Source: Escherichia coli (lineage in GTDB: Bacteria; Pseudomonadota; Gammaproteobacteria; Enterobacterales; Enterobacteriaceae). Taken from it: a stretch of 64,000 nt of DNA. This document shows positions 34,301-44,981 of the stretch, in pieces. Both the position numbers and the translations under genes were made by a program. The first letter of the stretch is position 1, and each line of letters begins with the position of its first letter. The notes beneath the pieces were generated by a model. The model searched no databases. It saw only the letters and a list, made by a program, of their open reading frames with translations, and was not told the DNA's origin. The stretch lies in the NCBI RefSeq assembly GCF_003790525.1, contig NZ_CP033635.1; one strand, 5' to 3'.

Positions 34301-35955
34301 TCGTCTATGCAGGTACGCTGGCGGATGCATCGGTCAGTGGCGCGACAGGAAGCCTGTCGTTAATGACGCCACGGGATAATGTTACGCCAGTTAAACTCGA
34401 AGGGGCGATCCGGATTACCGATAGCGCGACATTAACTATCGGAAATGGCGTCGATACGACGCTTACCGACCTGACGGCTGCCAGCCGGGGCAGTGTCTGG
34501 CTTAACAGCAATAATTCCTGTGCAGGTACCAGCAACTGCGAATATAGAGTAAACAGTTTGCTCCTCAACGACGGTGATGTTTATTTATCAGCACAAACAG
34601 CAGCGCCTGCCACAACTAACGGTATCTACAATACGCTGACAACCAGTGAACTTTCCGGCAGCGGTAATTTCTACCTGCATACCAACGTTGCAGGCTCCCG
34701 GGGCGATCAACTGGTCGTCAACAACAACGCCACTGGTAATTTTAAAATCTTTGTTCAGGATACCGGCGTCAGCCCTCAGTCTGACGACGCGATGACGCTG
34801 GTGAAAACAGGGGGAGGGGATGCTTCGTTTACGCTGGGTAATACCGGCGGTTTCGTTGATCTTGGGACCTATGAGTATGTCCTGAAAAGCGACGGCAACA
34901 GCAACTGGAACCTGACCAATGATGTCAAACCCAACCCGGACCCCAACCCAAATCCGAAGCCGGATCCAAAACCAGACCCAAAACCGGATCCGAAACCAGA
35001 CCCGACTCCCGATCCAACGCCGACACCCGTCCCGGAGAAACGCATCACGCCTTCTACGGCAGCCGTACTCAATATGGCAGCAACATTACCGTTGGTCTTT
35101 GATGCTGAGCTAAACAGTATTCGCGAGCGGTTGAACATAATGAAAGCGAGTCCACACAACAATAATGTCTGGGGGACGACGTATAACACCCGTAATAATG
35201 TCACCACCGATGCGGGTGCCGGGTTTGAGCAGACGCTGACCGGAATGACGGTGGGGATCGATAGCCGTAATGATATTCCTGAGGGGATTGCGACGCTGGG
35301 CGCTTTTATGGGTTATTCCCATTCACATATCGGTTTTGATCGTGGAGGACATGGCAGTGTGGGCAGTTATTCTCTGGGGGGCTATGCCAGCTGGGAACAT
35401 GAAAGTGGTTTCTATCTGGACGGTATCGTGAAGCTGAACCGCTTTGAAAGTAACGTAGCCGGTAAAATGAGCAGCGGTGGAGCCGCCAACGGCAGTTATC
35501 GCAGCAACGGGCTGGGCGGTCACATTGAAACCGGGATGCGATTTACCGATGGTAACTGGAACCTGACGCCGTATGCATCGTTAACGGGGTTCACCGCTGA
35601 TAACCCCGAATATCATTTATCCAATGGCATGGAATCGAAATCAGTCGATACCCGCAGTATATATCGTGAACTGGGCGCAACGCTGAGTTACAACATGCGT
35701 CTGGGGAACGGCATGGAAGTTGAGCCGTGGCTGAAGGCGGCTGTGCGCAAAGAATTTGTCGATGATAACCGGGTGAAAGTGAATAATGACGGTAATTTTG
35801 TCAATGATTTGTCGGGCAGACGTGGAATATACCAGGCAGGTATTAAAGCCTCATTCAGCAGTTCGTTAAGCGGGAATCTCGGGGTGGGGTATAGCCATGG
35901 TGCCGGTGTGGAATCCCCGTGGAACGCAGTGGCTGGTGTGAACTGGTCGTTCTGA
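31378..35955 (+). CDS. ypjA: AIDA-type autotransporter adhesin-like protein YpjA
   Basis: Signal peptide MKFMNRTSLHYCRRSVLSLWISALIYAPPGMA (alternative start 31387); long passenger with ~19-aa beta-helix repeats (GG.Q.V..GG.A..T.I); Pro-rich linker; C-terminal beta-barrel ending ...AGVNWSF. The track ORF starts at an upstream GTG (31258). Confidence 0.85.
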   Translation: MKFMNRTSLHYCRRSVLSLWISALIYAPPGMAAFTPDVIGVVNDETVDGSQKVDERGTTNNTHIINHGQQNVYGGISNESLIESGGYQDIGRHNNYVGQANNTTINGGRQTIHDGGISTGTIIESGNQDVYTGGISNGTTIKGGNSHISGGTANGTIIDGGSQRVTTQGHVDSTTINKSGSQDVVQGSLATNTTINGGRQYVEQSTVETTTIKNGGEQRVYESRALDTTIEGGTQSLNSNSTAKNTQIYSGGTQIVDYTSTSDVIEIYSGGVLDVRGGMATNVTQHDGAALKVTTYDLTVSGTNSEGAFSIHNNVADNVLLENGGHLDVYGSATRTIIKDKGTMSVLTNAKADATRIDNGGVMDVAGNATNTIINGGTQNINNHGIATGTNINSGTQNIKSGGKADTTNISSGSRQIVEKDGTATGSNISAGGSLIVYTGGIAHGVNQETGSALVANTGAGTDIEGYNKLSRFTIIGGEANYVVLENTGELTVVAKTSAKNTTIDAGGKLIVQKEAKTDSTRLNNGGVLEVQDGGEAKHVEQQSGGALIASTTSGTLIEGTNSYGDAFYIRNSEAKNVVLENAGSLTVVTGSRAVDTIINANGKMDVYGKDVGTVLNSAGTQTIYASATSEKANIKGGKQTVYGLATEANIESGEQIVDGGSTDKTHIKGGTQTVQNYGKAINTDIVSGLQQIMANGTAEGSIINGGSQVVNEGGLAENSVLNDGGTLDVREKGSATGIQQSSQGALVATTRATRVTGTRADGVAFSIEQGAANNILLTNGGVLTVESDTSSAKTQVNAGGREIVKTKATATGTTLTGGEQIVEGVANETTINDGGIQTVSANGEAVKTTINEGGTLTVNDNGKATDIIQNSGAALQTSTANGIEISGTHQYGTFSIAGNLATNALLENGGNLLVLAGTEARDSTVGKGGAMQNLGQDSATKVNSGGQYTLGRSKDEFQALARAEDLQVAGGTAIVYAGTLADASVSGATGSLSLMTPRDNVTPVKLEGAIRITDSATLTIGNGVDTTLTDLTAASRGSVWLNSNNSCAGTSNCEYRVNSLLLNDGDVYLSAQTAAPATTNGIYNTLTTSELSGSGNFYLHTNVAGSRGDQLVVNNNATGNFKIFVQDTGVSPQSDDAMTLVKTGGGDASFTLGNTGGFVDLGTYEYVLKSDGNSNWNLTNDVKPNPDPNPNPKPDPKPDPKPDPKPDPTPDPTPTPVPEKRITPSTAAVLNMAATLPLVFDAELNSIRERLNIMKASPHNNNVWGTTYNTRNNVTTDAGAGFEQTLTGMTVGIDSRNDIPEGIATLGAFMGYSHSHIGFDRGGHGSVGSYSLGGYASWEHESGFYLDGIVKLNRFESNVAGKMSSGGAANGSYRSNGLGGHIETGMRFTDGNWNLTPYASLTGFTADNPEYHLSNGMESKSVDTRSIYRELGATLSYNMRLGNGMEVEPWLKAAVRKEFVDDNRVKVNNDGNFVNDLSGRRGIYQAGIKASFSSSLSGNLGVGYSHGAGVESPWNAVAGVNWSF
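34930..35034 (+). repeat. Tandem Pro-rich (NP/KPDP/TP) linker repeat inside ypjA
   Basis: Encodes PNPDPNPNPKPDPKPDPKPDPKPDPTPDPTPTPVP from near-identical 12-nt units (ccg gat cca aaa / cca gac cca aaa). Confidence 0.85.
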
Positions 35956-35965
35956 CCATCAACGA

Positions 35966-35992
35966 AAAAGCCCACATCTGTGGGCTTTCATA
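35966..35992 (+). terminator. Putative ypjA terminator hairpin
   Basis: aaagcccaca-tctg-tgggcttt stem-loop 11 bp after the stop codon; the T-run is short. Confidence 0.45.
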
Positions 35993-36115
35993 TCACCAGG
36001 AGCCGCGGCTCCTTTGCGTATCCTTTTTTGTCTCCTCACCGTCTGGTCGGTGTCCTGCTGAGACTGCTAACTTCCTGTTTTTATTGGTGTTGTCCTTACA
36101 CCGTCCAATCATGAT

Positions 36116-36478
36116 TGGTGGAGCTGGCGGGAGTTGAACCCGCGTCCGAAATTCCTACATCCTCGGTACTACATGCTTAGTCAGTCTTTACATTCGCTTG
36201 CCAGCTGCGGACGGACACGCCACTAACAAACTAGCCTGATTAAGTTTTAACGCTTCAACCCCAGGCAGGGCTTCCACGCGATCTCTTTTGGGTTTGACCT
36301 CTCTTGATCCCCGTCCTAAGAGCGGAGGCTAGGGAGAGAGGGCTCTAAGCAGGTTATTAAGCTGCTAAAGCGTAGTTTTCGTCGTTTGCGACTATTTTTT
36401 GCGGCTTTTTACGAGGCCAACCGCCCCTCGGCATGCACCTTGGGTTTCGCAAATCCCGTCGAATCCAGAATCAGCCCC
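36116..36478 (-). ncRNA. ssrA: tmRNA (SsrA), 363 nt
   Basis: Reverse complement reads GGGGCTGATTCTGGATTCGACGGGATTTGCGAAACCC...GCGGGTTCAACTCCCGCCAGCTCCACCA; includes the tag reading frame region. Confidence 0.95.
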
Positions 36479-36692
36479 AATGTGTGACGGTAAGTATACC
36501 AGATTCATGAGTGCCATGACCAGCCTCAATGGCGTTATCATTAAAGATTTAGCACCCATGTAGCCTGATTTTTATTCGATTAAGCAATGGGATGGCAACA
36601 TTTGTGTCGGAAGTGATAGCCAATAAGATGTTCATTCGCGCCGCCGGAGAGGGAGGCGCGGTGAGGAACTGGTCAATAATTGCAGTGCAGGT

Positions 36693-37175
36693 TTAACGGT
36701 GGGCGTTTTTCATGATACGCGCTTTATCCACCTGCCATTCGCGTTCTTTGATATCTGAACGTTTATCATGCTGTTTCTTACCTTTGGCGACGCCGATTTT
36801 TACTTTGCACCAGGCATTTTTCCAGTACAGGGAGAGCGCCACTACGGTATAGCCTTCTCGATTGACGCGACCGTACAATGAGTCCAGTTCGCGCTGGTTG
36901 AGAAGTAACTTGCGGGTACGGGTAGGATCGCACACCACATGCGTGGAGGCCACAGCCATTGGCGTGATGTTAGCGCCAAACAGAAATGCCTCTCCGTCAC
37001 GCAGAAGGACGTAGCTGTCGCTGATATTGGCTTTTCCTGCGCGCAGGGATTTAACCTCCCAGCCTTGCAGGGCAAGTCCCGCCTCGAACTCTTCTTCGAT
37101 AAAGTATTCGTGACGGGCGCGCTTGTTAAGCGCGATGGTCGCTGAACCAGGTTTATGTGCTTTTTTCTTCGTCAT
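36693..37175 (-). CDS. smpB: SsrA-binding protein SmpB
   Basis: 160-aa [51 protein letters not shown]... Confidence 0.95.
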
Positions 37176-37306
37176 AAGCGTCGTGAATCATCGGTAATCT
37201 GAAATCGAAAACACCCCATATCAATCCTGCGGGGGACAAGGCTCTATCTTAGCATGAACCCGATGTTACCCAGCGCCGGGATAGCGTTTTTTTTACAGCA
37301 GGATAA

Positions 37307-37783
37307 ATGATATTATTTGTTGGATTTTTGTTGATGGAAATTGTTATGCCTCAGATTAGCCGGACCGCACTGGTACCCTACAGCGCGGAGCAAATGTATC
37401 AGTTAGTGAATGACGTTCAGTCTTATCCTCAGTTTTTGCCGGGTTGTACCGGAAGTCGGATTCTGGAGTCCACTCCTGGGCAGATGACTGCGGCGGTAAA
37501 TGTCTCTAAGGCTGGGATCAGCAAAACGTTTACTACCCGCAACCAGTTGACCAGTAACCAAAGTATTCTTATGAATCTGGTGGATGGGCCGTTCAAGAAA
37601 TTGATCGGTGGATGGAAGTTTACGCCGCTGAGCCAGGAGGCGTGTCGTATCGAGTTTCATCTCGACTTTGAGTTTACCAATAAGTTGATTGAACTCGCCT
37701 TTGGTCGCGTGTTTAAAGAGCTGGCGGCTAATATGGTCCAGGCTTTTACGGTTCGTGCGAAAGAGGTTTACAGTGCCAGGTAA
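37307..37783 (+). CDS. ratA: Ribosome association toxin RatA (PasT; START/polyketide cyclase-like)
   Basis: 158-aa [37 protein letters not shown]... (an internal start at MPQISRT is possible). Confidence 0.85.
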
Positions 37784-38063
37784 AATTGCCGTTGAGGTGG
37801 CTTATGCGCTACCTGAGAAGCAGTACCTGCAGCGTGTGACGCTGCAGGAGGGTGCGACGGTTGAAGAAGCTATTCGCGCCAGTGGCTTGCTGGAATTGCG
37901 TACCGATATCGATTTAACTAAAAACAAAGTCGGCATTTACAGCCGTCCGGCCAAACTGAGCGATACGGTGCATGATGGCGATCGGGTGGAGATTTATCGT
38001 CCTCTCATTGCCGATCCGAAAGAGCTTCGCAGGCAACGAGCAGAAAAATCAGCGAATAAATAA
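37773..38063 (+). CDS. ratB: RatB (YfjF/RnfH family)
   Basis: GTG-initiated [30 protein letters not shown]... overlapping the ratA stop; AAGAGG Shine-Dalgarno upstream. Confidence 0.8.
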
Positions 38064-38124
38064 CAGACAGAAAAAAGGTGCTCATTGAGCACCTTTTTTA
38101 ACCTCTTTGAGAGCAACTTTATTA

Positions 38125-38466
38125 TTAGTTACCACTCAGCGCAGGTTTGTTATCAATGTTGGCCAACACACCGCTACTGTTAAAGGTCAGCGTCAGCGTT
38201 TGCTGCGTTACACCTTCATGACCAGGTTGCTGGCGGAAGACATAGAACCAGGTATTCGTACCAAATGGATCGGACATCAGCGGTGTACCCAATGCGTACG
38301 CAACTTGTTGTTGCGTCATGCCAACACGTATTTTGGATACGTCGTTAGCGGTCAGATAATTCCCCTGGTTGATGTCAGGACGGTAAACCACTCGCTCCAG
38401 AGTGGAACAGCCTGCGGTCAACATCAATAGTACTGCTGCTGCAGCAGTCAGCGTTTTACAGCGCAT
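38125..38466 (-). CDS. bamE: Outer membrane protein assembly lipoprotein BamE (SmpA)
   Basis: 113-aa ORF with lipobox (LTAGCS). Confidence 0.93.
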   Translation of the reverse strand: MRCKTLTAAAAVLLMLTAGCSTLERVVYRPDINQGNYLTANDVSKIRVGMTQQQVAYALGTPLMSDPFGTNTWFYVFRQQPGHEGVTQQTLTLTFNSSGVLANIDNKPALSGN

Positions 38467-38614
38467 AGTGATTTGATTCCTTTTCGGGCCCGAGCAGTAC
38501 GTGGCTCATCTGTAATATGCCGATGATAATAGACCTTTCATCACTTTAAAACCTTTTGCTTTCCGGTCCTACGGCGTTTTGCTGTTTACTCTGACCGTGA
38601 AGCAGGAAAAAAGT

Positions 38615-40276
38615 TTACGCCGCAAGCAGTTCTTTCGCATTCGCCAGTGTGTTACGTGTGACTTCACTGCCACCAAGCAGGCGCGCCAGCTCTTGTAACC
38701 GCGCTTTTTTGTCCAGCGACTCCATATGCGTTTCTGTCATCGCACCATCGGTTTCTTTGCTGACAAAATAGTGTTGATGACCACATCCCGCGACTTGTGG
38801 CAGGTGGGTAACACACATCACCTGAGTTGATTCGCCGAGTTGACGCAGCAGTTTGCCAACAACTGCCGCTGTTGGGCCGCTAATCCCTACATCCACTTCA
38901 TCAAAAATCAGTGCCGGGGTTTCCATTTTACGCGCCGTGATGACCTGAATTGCCAATGCGATGCGTGACAATTCACCACCGGATGCGACTTTGGCAATAG
39001 GCTGCATTGGCTGACCTGGGTTGGTGGTTACCCGAAATTCAATACGATCAGCGCCGTCAGCGCCCAGGTGATGCTCGTCAAATTTAACATCAATCGTAAA
39101 CTGCCCATGCGGCATAGAGAGTGCATGCATACTGTCGGTGATCAGCTGTGCAAGTTCTTCTGCATAGTGCTGGCGTTGCTGGTGTAATGCGTTCGCGGTT
39201 TCCAGTGCCTGCTGATGATGTTTCGTTACCGCCAGCGCGAGCGTTTCTTGTGAGTCGGCCTGATCGTCCAGTTGCTGCTGTTCTTCCAGTAGCGACTGGT
39301 AATACTGTGGCAATGCCTCAGGGCTGACGTGATGTTTACGTGCCAGCGAAATCTGTTTTGAGATGCGCTGTTCAAGTTCAAACAGTCGGTTAGGATCGAG
39401 GTCCAGACGATCGCAGTAGTGGCGCAGTTCATCGCTGGCTTCAGCAATCTGGATGGTAGCTTCTTCCAGCATATCAAGTACGCCGGACAGTTTGCTGTCC
39501 ATGCCAATCAATTCGCTCACCAGTTGTTTAGCCGTGTAAAGCTGACTTTGCAGGTTTGCGTCTTCACCGTCGGCCATTAATGCCAATGCATTCTGGCTGG
39601 TGGTCAGCAATTGACCGCTGTTCGCCAGACGTTTGTACTCTTCGTCGATTTGCTCAAACTCTCCGGGCTGCGGATTAAATTCGTTAAGTTCTTTTAATTG
39701 GTATTGCAGCAGTTCTGCACGGGCGGCGCGTTCCTGACTTAACTGTTGATGATGCGCGAGGTCACGGCAGCTTTGATGCCACAACTGATAACGTGCGGTC
39801 ATTTCCTGGAGTAGAGAGGTTTCATTGGCATAGCCATCAAGCAGGAATTTTTGGTGCTCGGGTTTGGTGAGTAACTGATGAGCGTGCTGACCATGGATCT
39901 GAATCAGCAACTGACCCAGTTCGCGCAGTTGTGAAAGAGGAACCGCTGTACCGTTGATAAAACCACGGGAGCGACCATCGCTGCTGATTACGCGACGAAG
40001 CAAACATTCATGCCCGTCTTCAAGCTGGTTTTCTTCCAGCCAGCGCAGGGCCGCTGGCGTATCTTTCAGAGAAAAACGGGCGCACAGGTCAGCGCGAGCA
40101 GCGCCGGTACGCACCATGTCGGCTTCAGCGCGACCACCGAGACAAAGACCGAGGGCATCTATTGCAATAGATTTACCCGCGCCGGTCTCGCCAGTTATTA
40201 CGGTCATGCCGCTATGAAAATCAATCTCAAGCTCACGAACGATAGCAAAGTTGCTGATGGTCAGTTGTGCCAACAT
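38615..40276 (-). CDS. recN: DNA repair protein RecN (SMC-like ATPase)
   Basis: 553-aa ORF with Walker A (GETGAGKS) and coiled-coil. Confidence 0.95.
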   Translation of the reverse strand: MLAQLTISNFAIVRELEIDFHSGMTVITGETGAGKSIAIDALGLCLGGRAEADMVRTGAARADLCARFSLKDTPAALRWLEENQLEDGHECLLRRVISSDGRSRGFINGTAVPLSQLRELGQLLIQIHGQHAHQLLTKPEHQKFLLDGYANETSLLQEMTARYQLWHQSCRDLAHHQQLSQERAARAELLQYQLKELNEFNPQPGEFEQIDEEYKRLANSGQLLTTSQNALALMADGEDANLQSQLYTAKQLVSELIGMDSKLSGVLDMLEEATIQIAEASDELRHYCDRLDLDPNRLFELEQRISKQISLARKHHVSPEALPQYYQSLLEEQQQLDDQADSQETLALAVTKHHQQALETANALHQQRQHYAEELAQLITDSMHALSMPHGQFTIDVKFDEHHLGADGADRIEFRVTTNPGQPMQPIAKVASGGELSRIALAIQVITARKMETPALIFDEVDVGISGPTAAVVGKLLRQLGESTQVMCVTHLPQVAGCGHQHYFVSKETDGAMTETHMESLDKKARLQELARLLGGSEVTRNTLANAKELLAA

Positions 40277-40361
40277 AGTTGTTTTCCTGTATGAAAAACC
40301 ATTACTGTTATTGTGTACAGTATAAACTGGTTTTATATACAGTAAAGAGGCTGGCGTGAAA

Positions 40362-41240
40362 TTAGAATAATTTTTTTGACCAGCCGAGCTTGGTGCTTAA
40401 TGTATTGAAATAACTGTAATCTTTCGGATGAATCAGATTCAGATGGTAATCACAGCGACGAATCAGGACATCTTCACCTTCCTGAATCGGCAGTGCTATC
40501 TGGCTGTCGCAACTGATTTCCAGGTCGTTACGGCGATGCGAAAAACGCAGACGGATCGTGCTGCTGCTGTTTATGACCAGTGGTCGTGCTGACAACGTAT
40601 GCGGGAACATGGGCACCAGGGTAATCGCATCCAGAGAGGGTGTGAGAATAGGACCGCCCGCAGAGAGGGAATAGGCGGTGGAGCCTGTTGGCGTCGAAAT
40701 AATCAGTCCATCGGAACGCTGAGAAAACGCAAAGATCTCGTCGATATACACTTCGAACTCAATCATATGCGCCACTTTGCCAGGATGAAGTACCACTTCG
40801 TTAATCGCGGTGCTGATGCGTTTCTGGCAATCTTGCTGACAAACTTGCGCTTCCAGCAAAAAACGTTTCTCGCTGATGTAGTGGCCTTCCAGCACATCGG
40901 CTAATTGTTGCTGGGCGTTATCGGGGTCAAGGTCAGTCAGGAAACCCAGGTTGCCACGGTTGATTCCAATAACTTTAATATCGTAACGGGCGAGTGTGCG
41001 CGCCGCGCCCAGCATATTACCGTCGCCACCAACAACTACCGCGAGATCTGCCAGTTGCCCAATCTCCGCGAGCGTGCCAGTTTTCACATTCTTCAGTTGC
41101 AGTTCGTGAGCGATTTGTTGCTCAACGATGACCTCGTAACCTTTTGCGCACAGCCAGCGGTAGAGCATTTCATGTGTTGTCAGTGCAGTGGGGTGCCGTG
41201 GGTGTCCCACAATGCCAATACACTTGAAATGATTATTCAT
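40362..41240 (-). CDS. nadK: NAD kinase
   Basis: 292-aa ORF with GGDGN motif. Confidence 0.95.
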   Translation of the reverse strand: MNNHFKCIGIVGHPRHPTALTTHEMLYRWLCAKGYEVIVEQQIAHELQLKNVKTGTLAEIGQLADLAVVVGGDGNMLGAARTLARYDIKVIGINRGNLGFLTDLDPDNAQQQLADVLEGHYISEKRFLLEAQVCQQDCQKRISTAINEVVLHPGKVAHMIEFEVYIDEIFAFSQRSDGLIISTPTGSTAYSLSAGGPILTPSLDAITLVPMFPHTLSARPLVINSSSTIRLRFSHRRNDLEISCDSQIALPIQEGEDVLIRRCDYHLNLIHPKDYSYFNTLSTKLGWSKKLF

Positions 41241-41329
41241 TTTTCCGAGGTCCTTGTTGCGAAGATTGATGACAATGTGAGTGCTTCCCTTGAAACCCTG
41301 AAACTGATCCCCATAATAAGCGAAGTTAG

Positions 41330-41953
<624 letters not shown>

Positions 41954-41962
41954 ATATCTGAT

Positions 41963-41990
41963 GGCCGACGCGAAGTCGGCCATTTTTTTA
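41963..41990 (+). terminator. grpE intrinsic terminator
   Basis: ggccgac-gcgaag-tcggcc hairpin followed by TTTTTTT. Confidence 0.8.
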
Positions 41991-42629
41991 GCTTAAAAAA
42001 TCCTGTACTTCCAGCCACGGCGTGTTGAAATCATCTATTTTTTTATATTCGTTCATTGGCAGAACGACCACGTTATAGGTGTCAGATCCTTCATTCAGAT
42101 CAAAAATCTGAAAGCCCCTTTTATTGAGTTCGGTTTGGATGCGTTCAAAGATTTCGTCAAGGTAACGGTCTCCGGCTTCACAGACATCGGAGATTTCATC
42201 CTCTTGGGTTATTTCGACAAGAAGACTCCTTAATTCCTCAGAAGCTGTCAGGTTTTTTGTGAGCTCATAAAAGCGATCTGCAGCAAAATTAGCCAGCTCA
42301 CCTTCTTCATCTTCACCTTTCCAGTCAACGAGTTGAATTAGTCCTTCACCGCGCAGAACCTGTAAAAATGCCTGCGCCAGGTCATGATTTCCGAGATCGC
42401 CTCCACTGCAATCGAGAACGTCTTGTAATCCATATTCGTCTTCATCTTCGTCTTCAAAGATTTCAGGTTGCGTCGAAAGTTGAGAGAAAATAGTGGGCCA
42501 TAAGGTTGGGGTGTGCTGTAAAAAAACGCTGGCGACGACGTTGAGATCGTCTGCAAAATCCTTATCCCATTCAATTAAATAATCTTCTGACATAACATCA
42601 ATATCCTTTCCGAATGTTTGAAAAGACAT
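41988..42629 (-). CDS. Very acidic hypothetical protein (orphan between grpE and yfjD)
   Basis: 213-aa ORF, visibly AT-rich, many Asp/Glu (e.g. EDEDEDEYGLQDV, DWKGEDEEGEL); no recognisable motif; start may be the downstream Met (MSEDYL). Lies between the yfjD terminator and the grpE terminator. Confidence 0.6.
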   Translation of the reverse strand: MSFQTFGKDIDVMSEDYLIEWDKDFADDLNVVASVFLQHTPTLWPTIFSQLSTQPEIFEDEDEDEYGLQDVLDCSGGDLGNHDLAQAFLQVLRGEGLIQLVDWKGEDEEGELANFAADRFYELTKNLTASEELRSLLVEITQEDEISDVCEAGDRYLDEIFERIQTELNKRGFQIFDLNEGSDTYNVVVLPMNEYKKIDDFNTPWLEVQDFLS

Positions 42630-42682
42630 TATTACATTGCTAAGTAAATGACAGGAATTGATGGAATCCTAAAAGACGGCGA

Positions 42683-42710
42683 TAAAAAAAAAGGCGAACC
42701 GGAGTTCGCC
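42683..42710 (-). terminator. yfjD intrinsic terminator
   Basis: On the - strand: ggcgaac-tccg-gttcgcc followed by a 9-T run, directly after the yfjD stop. Confidence 0.8.
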
Positions 42711-42716
42711 ATTGCG

Positions 42717-43979
42717 TTACTCCGCCACGCTCTCGCGTAGCGGTTTCACAGGAAAAACTTTTACCTGCTTAATCATATTGTCCTGAACGTCGAGAATATC
42801 AATATCGTACTCGCCAATACGCACGCGGGTGCCTGCTACCGGGATCTCCTCCAGCGCTTCCAGAATGACGCCGTTAACAGTACGAGCATCATCTTCCGGT
42901 AGATGCCAGTTAAAGGCTTTGTTAATTTCTCGCACGTTGGCAGTGCCATCAATAATCACCGAACCGTCGTTTTGTGGCGTAACTTCTTCGGCAAGTGTTG
43001 GCGACATCGACGTGGTGAAATCGCCGACAATCTCTTCCAGAATATCTTCAACCGTCACCAGCCCCTGAATGTCTCCATACTCGTTGACGACCAGGCCGAC
43101 TTTCTTTTTGTTGCGCTGAAACTTCACCAACTGCGTGCTGAGCGGCGTACCTTCCGGGACAAAATAGATCTCGTCCGCGGCGCGTAGCATGGTTTCTTTG
43201 GTGAACTCTTTTTTCTCCGACATGAGTCGCCAGGCTTCACGCACACGCAGCATACTGATGGCGTCGTCCAGCGAATCACGGTAGAGCACGATGCGCCCGT
43301 GAGGTGAGTGGGAGAGTTGGCGCAGAATCGATTTCCAGTCATCGTTGATATCAATACCGATAATTTCACTGCGCGGCACCATGATGTCATCAACGGTCAT
43401 TTTTTCCAGATCGAGCACCGACAGCAGCATATCCTGATTGCGACGGGAAATTTGTGAGCGCGATTCGTGCACGATAGTGCGCAACTCTTCTTTGCTCAAA
43501 GAGCCGCTAACCACGATATCGGTTTTGATACCCATCATGCGCATCAGCATACGGGTGATAGCATTCAGCAACCAGACCAGCGGCATCATCAAAATTTGCA
43601 GCGGAGCCAGCAGAAAACTACTCGGATAAGCGACTTTTTCCGGGTACAGCGCGGCAATGGTTTTCGGCAATACCTCAGCAAAAACCAGCACGACAAAAGT
43701 CAGCACACCAGTCGCAATTGCCACGCCCGCATCGCCGTACAAACGCATCCCAACAATAGTGCCTAGCGCGGAGGCAAGAATATTGACCAGGTTATTGCCG
43801 ATTAACACCAGGCTAATCAGGCGGTCTGGCTTACGCAGCAATTTTTCGACGCGTTTGGCCGAGCGATTACCCTGTTTCGCCATATGTCGCAGACGATAGC
43901 GGTTGAGGGTCATCATTCCGGTTTCGGACCCGGAAAAATAGGCTGAAATGACCACCATGATGATCAGAATAATGATCAA
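42717..43979 (-). CDS. yfjD: CNNM/CorC-family membrane protein YfjD (DUF21 + CBS pair + CorC_HlyC)
   Basis: 420-aa ORF MIIILIIMVVISAYFSGSETGMMTLNRYRLRHMAK... Confidence 0.9.
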   Translation of the reverse strand: MIIILIIMVVISAYFSGSETGMMTLNRYRLRHMAKQGNRSAKRVEKLLRKPDRLISLVLIGNNLVNILASALGTIVGMRLYGDAGVAIATGVLTFVVLVFAEVLPKTIAALYPEKVAYPSSFLLAPLQILMMPLVWLLNAITRMLMRMMGIKTDIVVSGSLSKEELRTIVHESRSQISRRNQDMLLSVLDLEKMTVDDIMVPRSEIIGIDINDDWKSILRQLSHSPHGRIVLYRDSLDDAISMLRVREAWRLMSEKKEFTKETMLRAADEIYFVPEGTPLSTQLVKFQRNKKKVGLVVNEYGDIQGLVTVEDILEEIVGDFTTSMSPTLAEEVTPQNDGSVIIDGTANVREINKAFNWHLPEDDARTVNGVILEALEEIPVAGTRVRIGEYDIDILDVQDNMIKQVKVFPVKPLRESVAE

Positions 43980-44023
43980 CGTAGTAGTAGAAATGTGTTC
44001 CAGGGGAAACTCCTTTTCTGGGT

Positions 44024-44815
44024 TTAGCTGATTAACTGCTGGACAATTCGGCTGCCGAAGTAGGCCAGTGTCAGAATGACTGCACCCGCAACGTTAAACC
44101 AGACGACGCGGCGTCCACGCCATCCTTCATGATAATGTCCCCACAGCAGCACAATATAGACAAACCACGCCACGATAGAGAGCACGGCCTTGTCGATATT
44201 TTCCATGCTAAATAAGTTGTGCATGTAGAACAGGCCAGTGCAAAGCGTGAGCGTTAGCAGCACCACGCCAATCTGCGTGATGTGGAACATTTTACGCTCG
44301 ATACTCATCAATGGCGGCATTTCCTGGTTAAACGCCAGCTTCTTGTTCTTCAGTTGGTAATCAATCCACGCCAGTTGCAGCGCGTACAGGGCGGCGATAA
44401 TCAGCGTGGCATAGGAAAAGAGCGATAAGCCAATGTGCACCAGCATCCCAGGCGTTGCTTCCAGATGGGTGATGTATTCATTGGGCATGAAGGTCGCCAG
44501 CGCCAGGTTGATAAGCGCAAAGGCATAGACAATGGGTAGCAGCAACCAGCCACGATTGCGAGAAGCCACAATGGTCATTACCGTACAGATCATCAAACTG
44601 ACCAATGAACCAACGTTCAGCAGGCTGAGGTTTTGTCCGCTATCACCGTCGGGCAGGATGCGGGCTTCCAGAGCGATTGCGTGGCAGACCAGCGCAATGA
44701 CCGCAGAAATAATAGCCATGCGCCGCCAGCCGCCGTTTTTTTGCAGCAGACCGGGAACAATCAGCGCAAGACTGACGGAGTAGGCGACAAGCGCGAGCAG
44801 AGCAAAAACGGGCAT
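44024..44815 (-). CDS. ypjD: Cytochrome c assembly-like inner membrane protein YpjD
   Basis: Hydrophobic ORF starting MPVFALLALVAYSVSLALIV...; track ORF over-extended upstream. Confidence 0.85.
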   Translation of the reverse strand: MPVFALLALVAYSVSLALIVPGLLQKNGGWRRMAIISAVIALVCHAIALEARILPDGDSGQNLSLLNVGSLVSLMICTVMTIVASRNRGWLLLPIVYAFALINLALATFMPNEYITHLEATPGMLVHIGLSLFSYATLIIAALYALQLAWIDYQLKNKKLAFNQEMPPLMSIERKMFHITQIGVVLLTLTLCTGLFYMHNLFSMENIDKAVLSIVAWFVYIVLLWGHYHEGWRGRRVVWFNVAGAVILTLAYFGSRIVQQLIS

Positions 44816-44981
44816 AGTAATGTCGACAGTTTGAGCAATAAGAAAGAGAAGCAGTATAGCGTCAGGTGAACGCTGCTCCAACCGTTGCATAACAACAAAG
44901 ACGCCTTCATGTTATACTGCGGCAAAATACTGATGATGTGTCGCGATTGCGGCCAACCGTTTCCACCCCAGGCGAGAGACA

